A stretch of DNA of 64,000 bases from Callorhinchus milii (Eukaryota): contig NW_024704743.1 of the NCBI RefSeq assembly GCF_018977255.1, forward strand, positions 20,772,001-20,836,000. Reading direction: 5' to 3'. Positions 49,194 through 60,915 of the stretch are shown one piece after another (position 1 is the first letter of the stretch; each line of letters starts with the position of its first letter). Both the position numbers and the translations under genes were made by a program. The notes under the pieces are model-generated. The model was not told the origin of the DNA and ran no database searches. It was given only the letters and a program-made list of their open reading frames with translations.

Positions 49194-52100
49194 CCTTAAG
49201 ACTATGTGAGTTCAAAATGCCTACATGAGGACTGAACCCACAACCTTCTGTCTCGGAGATTCATAGTATTAAAATAGAGCATTGGATATTAAAATGATTA
49301 GATTCAGATATTTAAATATTAGATACTTAGATATTAAAAAGGTTGACAAAGTGAGAAAGGCATAATTGAGAACCATCACAGACCATCAGTAACATTTTTG
49401 CTCGAGGAATATAAAAATCTCATGGTGAAATTATTCAGTATTCCAATGCTCTCCATTCTGCTCATATTATGAATAAAAAGTAAAGGAGCAAGCTAGTTTA
49501 CTAGTTTAATTTGCTGTCCATTGTGTAGAGGCAGGAAGTAATTGAACTTCTTTGTGACAGCATAAGGAAACTTATACAACATTGACATGCAATTATAACA
49601 GAATACAGTAAGCATTTTTTATTAAGTATTATTTCACTGTTGAAAAATAATTATTCAGTGTTTTGGATCAACACATTCAGAATGTATACTGTGTTTATGG
49701 CACAGAATTACTTATTAAATGAAACCTGGCATCAATTCTTTTACATAAAAAGATAAGAATGCACTCCAATATTCCACAAAATGTTCATGCTGTGTGATTA
49801 TATTGTAACCAAAGATACTAATCCCTGTTGAACACTACTTTATGTCTGGCACATTCCAGTACTTAACAGTGGTAGTCCAAAACTTCATGACCGCTGCAAA
49901 CAAATGAAAGAGCAAGAGTGTTTTATTTCCATGCAGGAGTCAATGACAAATTCAAAAGCATATTCTTGTTTATTTCCCTTTGTATAAATAACAATACATT
50001 TGATATAGTGCACTATCAATGTTTCAATTATTTTGTTAACATCCCTTGCATTTGATATAGCACATCGTCAAGATGTCTAAAAGTGTGTCACAGCATTCTA
50101 CAATGAAGTGTAGTGACTGTGTATTCTATAGGCAAACACGGCAGCCAATTTGTGCACAGCAATGTCCCACAAACAGCCATGAAGTGAGTGACCAATTTTA
50201 TTTGGGACACTATTGACCAGGACATCGGGAGAAACTCCCTTTCTTTTCAAATAGTGTCACAGGATTTGGAACATCTATTTGAACAGGCAGGTGCACTAGA
50301 AAAGCTCCATGCTCTTCTTCAAAACAGATCCATGGAACCTTTAAAATCCACCTAAATCACCATAACAGGCAAACAGGACTTTTATTTATTGTCTTATCTG
50401 AAGCACTTCATACTATGCAGCATAGAGTGGGTCTTAAAACCATAACCTTTTGTCCCAGAGTCAAGACTGTTTGCTCAACCGAAAATAATTTTCACTGCTT
50501 CCACCATTCAACAACAACTTGCATTTATATAGCGTCCCTCACGCAGGGTAGGGTCCCACAGCGCTTAAATGCAGCAGATTGTGAAAGCATTATGATGCAT
50601 CAGATTGATCATCATTAATATAATATTTGATCTCTAATGAGCATTTTAAGATGACATAGAAAGAGAGAATTATCCTTAGTTTGATTACAAATCACAAGTC
50701 TGGTCACAAGTCTTAATTATATTAAAAACTTTTGTGAAGTAAACAAAACAATATACAGTTTAAATAGACTTCACAGAGAGAACAGATACAGATCTAATTT
50801 AGCCCAGTCATTTTCAGGTCGCACATTAGACTTTGGAATTTGCAAATTTTGAGATTTTGTTAATTTATAGACCAAACAGGACATGATTTTATTTCCAAAT
50901 ATGTGCACTCTTATTTCTTTATAAAGTCCTAACACACATCTGATGTTTTAACACTATGTTTTTAGATGTCCTGATAAAGATGAACTGTCGTTTGAGAGTT
51001 TTGTCATATTTAACAGTAATGTTTTGACACACTGAATAGAAATTTGTTTGATAATGTGTCTGTGCTCCAAACAAAGTACTATTGTGAAACAGAGTACTGA
51101 CTTTTTTCAGTTGAGAATTCTTACCTTCCTCACTTTCAGATTGAGAGCATCTCACTGTTCTCATTATGCTTCCCACAGTAAATTAATCTAGGATTTTCGC
51201 TTGGTTTGCACAATATGTTGGGGATTTGTTTTAATCCTGGATTTACGCGGCTCAGTTTTAGGGCAAATCCTTTCTCTGTTTTGTTCCCTAATATATACAA
51301 TGACTATTAACTAATTGATATGTAGTTTGTTACTTACTCCCTTCAAGGTGCAGCTTTTGCCCTAAACACAAAATGAAAAGGTTGTTCACATGAATGGATA
51401 ATAATATTGACATCTATCATACAAACTGCATGAACGTTTTTATATATTGTAAGACAATAATATTAGGCTATAAATAAAAATAAAATTACACAAAAGAAGA
51501 ACTTTAGAAAATACGCATTTATACTTGTTTTTTTCCTTTACTATACATTAAATGCTTACACAGAATTTTAGTTTTCAAAGGGGTAAATTCAAACATAATG
51601 TTAGCTTCTTAGTATGGTGTATTTTTGTGAACTTTTCCACATTACAATACAGAGACACAGATTTTACCGTCCCCAATCGTTTTTTGTTGATCAAATGAGA
51701 GCAGAAACTCCCATTTGGGAGGGGCAACATGACATTTCACTTGGAAATTCTAAACAGGTCACAGACCTTTCACAGCCCCAAAGGCAGTGGGTGGGAACAC
51801 TTAACTAAAGCGTGTAACCAGCTCAAGCTGCAGGTTACCCCTTTCGCTATTATTGGAATTGGAAAGCTTACAATATACTTTGTTTGAAAACAAAGAAACT
51901 TCACGTAAAGTTGTAATTATGCACTTCAACCATTTCCAAAGATACATGCCACAGAATTCATAAACCATGATATATTAATATTTGGTATAAGAGTGCCGTT
52001 TTATTCAGGTTTCAGAAAACAGTATTTTTCTAAAAGCTAAAAGCCAAAAAGAGACAACAAGGCTGCCCTAGCAATGACCTAGAGCTTTCAGATTCCTTGA

Positions 52101-54784
52101 ACACATCAGAATTTCCATTGTTAAGTTTGATTAATTGTGACTGATAAATTGGAGTGAATCAATATATTGTCTTTATTGTGCACCATATTGCACAGCGTGC
52201 TTTATTTTGCAAAATAATGAAAAGATTTGTAAAATTGCAGTGATGAAACCTGAATTACTTTGCATTCACATGAAAAACAAAATTGGTCTTCAGCTATTTC
52301 AGCTCCATATCAGCTGAAACAAAATGCCACCGCAAATTTTATCTCTCCTAAAGTCAATTTTCTTACAAGGCACCAGTATCGCTGTGACATTGTAGTGACA
52401 ATATTATCTCTAATCATTGAATAAAGTACTGTCACTGATGAACTGTTCTGAAAATTCCCATGGTTTAAGCCATACGGGCTATGAAGACTATTTGACGAAA
52501 ACGACAGAACTCTTAGTTATCCAGTTCTCTGAAAAGTAAAGGCAGGAGCAATACTTGCATAAATCTGCCAATCTTTTGAGTGTCAGAGTAAGTGACTAAA
52601 CTCTATTGTAATTTATCCTTGACTCTACAGAAGTTTGCAAGGAACATAAGCATGTCCTGATAGAAGTGTTTTGTGTGTGATGTTTTGGGGGGAGGGTAGG
52701 GTGAGGTGCTGAAGTGATAAATGATGTCACTGAAAGCTGCACAATGCCACAACTTCACAATGGCACTGCACATGCATAAAATCAAAACGGCTTCTGAGAA
52801 ATCCATTATTCCTCCCTTACAATAGGCCTGAAACTGTTTTACAAGCACTCCCAGTGTTTTTATTCACACACGCTCCTAATAACATCCCACAACTTTAAGT
52901 GTATTTACAACCTTAAATGTCATATGCAGCTTGAAAACTGCAGCGCTGGACAGGGCTCAGATGTTGCTGCAATTACCTAAAATACATAATCCAGTTTGGG
53001 CGTGTACAGCAGACAGCACAAGCTTGACGCCACACAGAACTGCATAATTAACACTATTCTGCTCGTATTTATGCTAGCTCATGCAGCTAACTTTGAGTTC
53101 CAATATTTGAATAATTCTGGAAATATTTCTGTGCAACCATAAAATTAAGAACATCAATCATTCCTACAGAAAATTCCTGTTGGTAGAGTCATGCAAGCAG
53201 TTAATACTCATAATGCTGGTAACATAAATGTAAGAATGTTTGCAACTTGCTGTGTTGTGTTGTCTAAAATTTGTCTTTTTAAAATAGATTAGGAAGATGG
53301 ATTTTTTAAGAAAAAAATTCCACCTCTTAAACTGTATGGATATTCATGTTGCATTCTTTGGACATGGAATCACCCAAATGACTGGTTCAGTTACCATCTG
53401 AGATGCGCCTACAGTTTTTTGCTTTGGCTGCTGATTTCCTAAGACATTCAGATATTAATTCAGTCAGTATTTATTACATTTTAGCCTGAAAATGTTGGAC
53501 CATTTTAGTGAATTGACCAATAGTTTATATAGGAGTTCCTTCTAAACAGCAAAACATGTTTCAGTGATTATCAGGCTGATATATGTGCATTGCTTCTTAA
53601 CAATCTTGTTGCAATGAAATCACGTTGATCTGGAGAAAACCTATGTGGATGTAATTATCTGCAATAATATCTATGAAGTGAAGGTTCTAAGAGAAGGACT
53701 TAGTTCCTGATCTTGTAAATGCTGGTTGTTGGTCAGCATCAGGGTAATATCATAATGTGTGGAGTGTTACAAGAATTCTCTAGGAAATTGGGAACTGTCA
53801 ATGAATATGCTTAGTCACAATCCCCACTTTCTCCTCTGGACATGGATGTGCCACAGATTGGTGCAGCCGTGACAACCTTTTACTTTTGATTGGTTTCAAA
53901 AGTGCATTTTACAAAATAGAGAAAGGCAGCTGGAAGGAAGCAAGAAGCAGAAAGGCTCACATAGTTACAAAAGGTTAAGTGAGTTCGGAATTAGGTAGAA
54001 TACATTAGAAATGGAAAAAAAAGTTAAAATCATGAACTTGAGGAGAATAGGGAGGAAATAGAATAGGAAAAGGGAAATCGAGAGAAAAACTGATAACAGA
54101 TTGGTCAGACTTGGTCAAGGTTTACAAATGTTTATGTTCATTCAATGTTTTTTGTATTGATTTCAGTGGGTTAGGTTAATATTAAAGTAATACAGTATAT
54201 TGATCCTTGATCTTTAGTACCTTGTACTGTTTTATTTAACATCACAGTGAATGAATTGAAAATTTTGGCTCATGAAGATAGGTTTCCATAAATCTGATGC
54301 TTGTCTAAAGGTAAAGCTCTGAGAAATGTAATGCTATTTTCTTGCAAATGCAAGTTTTTTATAACGCAAGGTATTCCTATATAGTTTCCTGTGAACCTTC
54401 AACTTACTGTCTAGGGCACTGACATCAGCCCTATTCGGCAGCAACCTGGAGTGCTAAATGACATCTGGTCTCTTTACCCACATGATGTATCACTTAGTAG
54501 GTGGTCAAAACAGTCTTTCTAGGTCATCCAGAGTTTCACACAACTGTGTGACACCAGTCTGCTACTACTAGATACTGTGGTTTACAGATTGAATCTGGAT
54601 CACATGCTGAGTTATTTCTTGACTGCTCCCAAACATTTACGTAGCACCACACTGTTTTATATTTTTTGTGCCAGACTTCTAGGATATTTAACTGAATTCA
54701 GCTTGTACGTCTATAGCAAACTGGGCCCTTGAGGCAGAAATTCTAGTAGAATTGTGGAAAATTTAAGATTGTGCAGAGTTATAG

Positions 54785-54840
54785 AAATCCTTAAATTTAG
54801 TTTGGAAGCCAATAGGCTTCCAAACTAAATTAAAGGATTT
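54785..54840. repeat. 26-bp-arm hairpin (1 mismatch, 4-nt loop)
   Basis: aaatccttaaatttagtttggaagcc-aata-ggcttccaaactaaattaaaggattt. Confidence 0.9.
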
Positions 54841-56510
54841 TACAATTCTGCTTCAGATTGGGTGAAAATTGTTTTTTGTAGTGTATTAAATTGTCCAAAT
54901 ATTTCTGGTAACAAACTCCAGAATTTTACACCACATAATACCTCCAGTTCATAATTAACTCAGTGTACATTATACATCACTGAAGGGTTCCTGAAGGCTC
55001 TATGATGACAATATCACTGAGCACAGAAGTGCTTGAAATACATGCCCTCAACTAGAGCGCACTTGCTGATTCCCATGGCACCCGTTCTTGACACACTCAG
55101 CTAATTTCTAAAAAAGAGTATACGTTCAGAATGCCTACATTTGCAATTGTGGCACATGCCAGAAATATTTTGAAGGTACTCTCAATAAGGAGATGAGTGT
55201 TATCTAGTGGTACTATAATATTTGAAGGATTGAGGATAGTTTAGCTAATAATAATCAATGGACTTAATTGCAATTTTATCTTCATCATCAGAAGAGATTA
55301 ACTGTCATCATTGATTTTACTTGACCTACCTTGATTTTCTAATTTAGTTGGCAATAATGGGTTTGAAAATAGAATATTCTCTACTTGGATTTAGTAATAG
55401 CAACTCTTATCAGTAATCACAAGAGTGCCACACCAATTGTAAGGACTCCACTCTGGAAGTACATTGAATCATAAATGCTGAGGTTAGGTACTGCACAACA
55501 TATGACAACCTTAAAATGGTGTTGCTTCTGATCAGAGGGTCCATTATGGTTTCTTGTAAATTATTGCAAACAAGGTAAAATAATCTTTGTTCTGGGAGAT
55601 ATTGCCCCAATGATTGAAAATTATTTTAAAGTAATACTACAAGGTATCCAGATGTGACCCAGGCAATCCTGCTGGAACTCTGCATAGTTACAAGTGCCCC
55701 CAGATGCTCTGAACCTCCTTTGGCTGCAATCTAGTTTCACACTCAGATCGCAGTCTCAGTTGAGTTCCAGAAGCACATGCCTTGTAGGATATACTATTGT
55801 CAAATCTTGAGAATCTTACAAATTAGACCCCTGAATCGATGGGTTGGGCCAGGGGGAGTCATTTATGTCTATGTTACTTAGTTTGATTATTGATCATATA
55901 AACAACATGCTGCAGCTTCTTCATGTTTTACCTCTTTGTTACAGTGGGTGAAAGGGGCTTTCCAATGTAGAAGGTTTACAGTTATCTTGGCAGATAATCT
56001 GTCCAATTTGAACAGTATACCAAATTCCACTTTATTCAAAAAATTAAGGGTTTTAATCTAATCCCTTGTGGAGAGTGGCAAAGCAAAATGATCATCGAAT
56101 ACTACTTGAAGTGTAACCTTGAGCAATTATTTGCAATTGCTGATTTTTCAGGCTGGTGTTTATGTGGAAATAAGGGCAAACTGCCTTGATAACCACCAAC
56201 CAATGGAATTTCCTTAATTACTGTACTTCATTTCAATAATATTTAAAATGAAGAATATTTTTTGTAAAGTATGTTCAAAACTATTGTTTTTAACCATTAC
56301 AATGTATGACAGCAATCTGGATGCATAGTGCTTGCAGACTGGGTTTTACTCTGGGACCTGGTTTGAAAACCAATACCACACAGAATATATTGAAACCTCT
56401 ACTCTGTTGGATGTGATGGTTTTACATCGCAACATTCAGGTAGCTTGAATTGGGTTTCAGAGTGTACAAATTCCTTGCATTTGGTATAGCTCTTTGATGT
56501 CAGACAGACA

Positions 56511-57403
56511 GACTGTCTGTCTGACATCAAGTCCTCGATGAGAGCCAACTTTCTACAGCTGAATGTCAGCAATACTGAGGTCCCCCGATTGGCTCGTGCC
56601 AGCGCCCCAGCACCTCAGGCACTGGCAGCATCAGCATCCACAGTTGCACACTCCACCTCACCAAGCCAGTCAGGAACCTGGGTGCCTTGTTATCCATCAA
56701 CTGTCCTATCTCCCCCATATCCATGCCATGACCCGTTCTGCCTTCCCCAACCCCGCAACATTGCCCGACTCTGCCACTGCCTCACCCCTCAGGCCGCCGA
56801 AACCCTCATACAAGCATTCGTCATCTCAAGGCTCAATTACGGAAACTCCCTCGTTTGCCTCCCCAACACTTCCCTCCACAAGCCGCAGATCATCCAGAAC
56901 TCTGCAGCTCATGTCGTTTACCGCACCAGGCTCTGTGACCCCATCACCCCCACCCCCGCCCGGCTCCACTGGCTCGCTATTCCTCAGAGGATAGAATTCA
57001 AAATCTTCGTCTTCACTTTTAAGGTCCTCCACGGCCTTGCCCCCTCCCACATCTCTGACCTGCTGACCTGCTATCAACCTATTCTGCTCAGCAGACTCTG
57101 GGCTATTCCACATCTCTCCCCGACCTGCCCAACTATTGGCAGCCAGGCTTTCAGCCTCTCTGCCCCCACTCTTTGGAACTCCATCCCACAATCTCTTCAC
57201 CTTGCTCCTTCTCTTGCCTCCTTCAAGGCACGACTCAAGACCCTCCTTTTTGACTCTGCCTTCAACCGCCCTCCTACCCCCTCTGCCCTTCTTCATCTCA
57301 ACCTTGCCCTATACCTGGGTCCTGATCCCTGACTGTTCAGCGCTTTGGGATGTCCTCCCGACGTGAAAGGTACTTTACAAGTGTAATTTCGTTGTTATGT
57401 TGT
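56511..57403 (+). mobile_element. 5'-truncated L2 LINE with complete 3' tail, inserted in an older SINE
   Basis: [19 protein letters not shown]...SRLNYGNSL...LHWLAIPQRIEFKI...PTLWNSIPQSLHLAPSLASFKARLKTLLF; tail cagcgctttgggatgtcctcccgacgtgaaagg...(TTG)n. Confidence 0.9.
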
Positions 57404-59919
57404 TGAGATGTCTCAAAGCACTTCACAGGATTTTTACCATGTAATGTACAGTGACTGACCAATTTTATCTGGGGATTGTTGGCCAAGGCATAAGGAGGAG
57501 AAACTCCCTTCTCTTCTTGAATACTGCTGTGGGATCTTTAACATTCACTGAACAGGCAGATGCGACCTGTTTTAATGTCTCATCAGAAGAAAGCTACCTC
57601 TGACAATGCAGCACTTCCCCAGCAGGAGGTTCTAGAGGTTCAAACTCTTAACATGGTGATTAAGATGCGAGAGTGATATCAACTGGCTGACACCTTGCTT
57701 TGTTGCGGACAAATGATAATAACCTTTTAGATTTCATATAGTGCTTTTCATGTTGGGAGGTTGTCTCAAAGCGCTTCACAGGGTATAACAGCACCAATAA
57801 CAACAAATTGCATTGATATAGCATCTTTCATGTCAGTAGGACATCCCAAGGTGCTGGAAATACTACAAAGTGTAATGACCTTGTGTTTTATGGGCAAAGG
57901 TTGCAGCAAATTAGCACAGTAACCAATGATTTTTGGGGGATTTGTTGCCCAGGACACTGGGAGAAAACTTTTTAAAATAGTCCCATGAAATCTTTAATGC
58001 CCACATGAACAGAGGCAGATTGAACCTTGGTTTAACTTTGCATCTGAGGGATGACACCTCCAAAAATGCAGCACACACCCAGCACTGCAACTGAGTGTCA
58101 GCTCTGACTTGAAGTGTTCCAAATCCCGACATTGGGCTCGAACCCACAACTTACTAACTCAGAGACGAGGTGCTACCAACTCAGTTTTATACATGTCAGG
58201 CTAACACATGACATATATAAGTTAATTGTATAAAGCTGCTTAGTGTTTGGCATTAATTGGTAATGGTGACCATTCAGGAAGACTCAACTGGTAAATAGAA
58301 ACTTCATTGTTGGAGTAGTATTCTTTCTAGGTTGGGGTTCAATCACATTGTTGGGTGTGGAAGAAAGAACTGTCCTCTGCATTTCTGACCAGGGGGAATA
58401 CATTGCTGATACAGATGGAGTTTAATACAAAAAATGAAGAATACAATAACTTTATCTGATAAGATATTTCTCATATTTTACTTATATTTGTAAGAATGTC
58501 AAAGACATAATGGTATAGTTGGTTTCTTTCCAAATTATTGGAAAAAATTACTTTTGGCATGAGGCCAAAAGCATGAGGCATAGCAATTTAGTGACATTGT
58601 GTTTACGTACACAACAGTGTGTAACATAGAGCAATAGAATGCAAAGTTTTTGGTAGTGATTTCTTATTCAATAAGTTCCCATTCTGGCTTGATAATCTTC
58701 CAAGGGGCTGAGTCGACCATCTGAGCCAGCTACATACTCACAGGATGGCAGGAAAAAAACAAAGAAAAGTTGTCTGTACAAAACGTCATGAATCTCTCAG
58801 CCAGGTGGAATTGGCTGTAGGTTTTTAGTGGATTCTCTGGCTAGTGGAAGGTGTACAGAAGAGAGGGCCTTAAAGTATGAAAAAAACAATGGGGAGATAA
58901 AACCTCAATGTGGAGTTTTACATACATGGTATTTTCTCCATGGACAACAGGTCATCTGTTTATCATGGACTCCATCCATTGATTTCAATAGTTTCTGAAG
59001 ATTTAAAACATGTTCAATGTGTGTTGAACTTATTTTTGCCCTTGGTACTGAGAGATACCAATATACTTACAAAAAGAATGAACCTTGTATTGTGTAGGGG
59101 CAGCCTCTATAGTGTATTGGATAGAGCTGCATCTGACAGACTAGGAGTTTGCTGATTCAAATATGATTTGAGCTGCATGGGGAAGCTAAATTGGCTCTAA
59201 CCTCCCCATGGTTAAGGAGGGTAAAACCAGTCATGTTCCTGCTTCTGGTCCCTTTATAACCTGTGGCTTGTAGTTGTGTACATGTGTGACAGTCAAATAT
59301 GGAGAAAATTAGAAAAAAATCAGACAGCCTAAATTTACTAAAAACAAAAACCCTGTATTGTGGATACATCATAACTGTAGGAAGAAATACGAACACCTTA
59401 CAAGATCATCACCACCTGTCAATTGATGGATTGTGTTGAATTCCTACCAACTACAGTAATTACTAATTACATTTTGTTAGATCTAATAACCTGGTTTGAA
59501 AAGCTCTAAAACATTTACTTCAGAAATTACTAAAATGCTTTGAAAGCAAATGTAGAATTAGCTGGTTCAGGATTTTCTGAATAATGCAGTCAATGAACAC
59601 TACATCGCTAAACTGCTTTTTCTAAAACAGTTAAATCCCAATGTTTAATAAGCAGCATTGAAGCATAAACACTTTGGGATGGGGATGCTCTTTAATTATA
59701 AAGATACTTTAGTACTAGTGGACCAATTTTGGACCAATTTGGATCTTATAATAGGTCTAGTATGAATATTGTAAACAGTTCCATTCTTACTACATGCATA
59801 ATAAAGTGTCTTTATCAATTTCTCTTATATTCTACAAAAAGCAAGATCCCATTACCTTTACACCTGTAGTAACAAACTTTTCCCAGATCACTATAAATAA
59901 ACTTTAATAAAACAGAGAA

Positions 59920-59974
59920 GCATATTCAGATGGCATTGCCTTGCTTAAATCAATGCAATGCCATCTGAATATGC
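59920..59974. repeat. Perfect 20-bp-arm hairpin
   Basis: gcatattcagatggcattgc (59920-59939) / gcaatgccatctgaatatgc (59955-59974). Confidence 0.9.
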
Positions 59975-60539
59975 ATGTAAATAACTAAGTACCAAAAGGC
60001 TGCTACTTTTGTGAGTAAGTCTATAACTAATCTGAAAACAGGTGATTGCTGCTTCACGCCAAGTTACATTGCGAATAAATTACACAGTCATAAAGATTAA
60101 GAAGTGGGACTTGTACCCTAGCGCTGCTTGCATAAAGATTTTATTAAATTGATTCTTTCAAAATGCAAGACTTATAATGTAGGACATGATGATTTTGAAA
60201 AAAAAGTTTAAAAGTGAAGACTTCTTTGCAGTTTTAAATATATGCTTACTCTATATGCTTATGAGATATAATGTTCAAATTTGTGATTGGTAACCTTAGA
60301 AAAGTGGGCTAACTTTTCTTTACTCTGAGGTGCTTTCTGAGGAAGATATGAAGACAAAAAGTTGCATTTAAAAAATTTTGTTTGCAGTTTGTACTATCCA
60401 TCACCTGTGTTACTACATACAGCATTGACTATTTTTTAGCAATTGAATATTATATTGATTATTAAAGCAATGAATATAGAATTTGTATACATTAAATCAC
60501 CACAGCATCATGGTTGAATATACATGAATTGACAGTTTT

Positions 60540-60915
60540 ATAATAATAATATTCCTTGCATTTGATATAGCGCCTTATCATGTCATCGAGACATCCCAAA
60601 ACACATCACAGAATATACTGTAAAGTGAATTGATTGTTCATTTTGTGGGTAAAACGTAGCAGCCAATTGTGCACAGCAGTCTCCCACAAACAATCATGGG
60701 TTGAAATGACCCATTTTATTATTTTTTTTAAGGAATTATTACCCCTGGAAAAGCGATCCGCCAATCGACTAACAACCGGGTTCCTACTTACTGCTAGATA
60801 AACAGAGGCGTGTGGAGTAAGGAAACTTGCCCAACAATTTGCCCTGCCGGGAATTGAACCCAGGTCGCTCGCTTGCAAGGTGAGTGCTCTAACCACTGAG
60901 CTACAGGACTCCACA
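60540..60915 (-). mobile_element. tRNA-derived SINE, long subfamily, full length
   Basis: Reverse complement TGGAGTCCTGTAGCTCAGTGGTTAGAGCAC...GGTTCAATTCCC, long block, tail. Confidence 0.9.
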
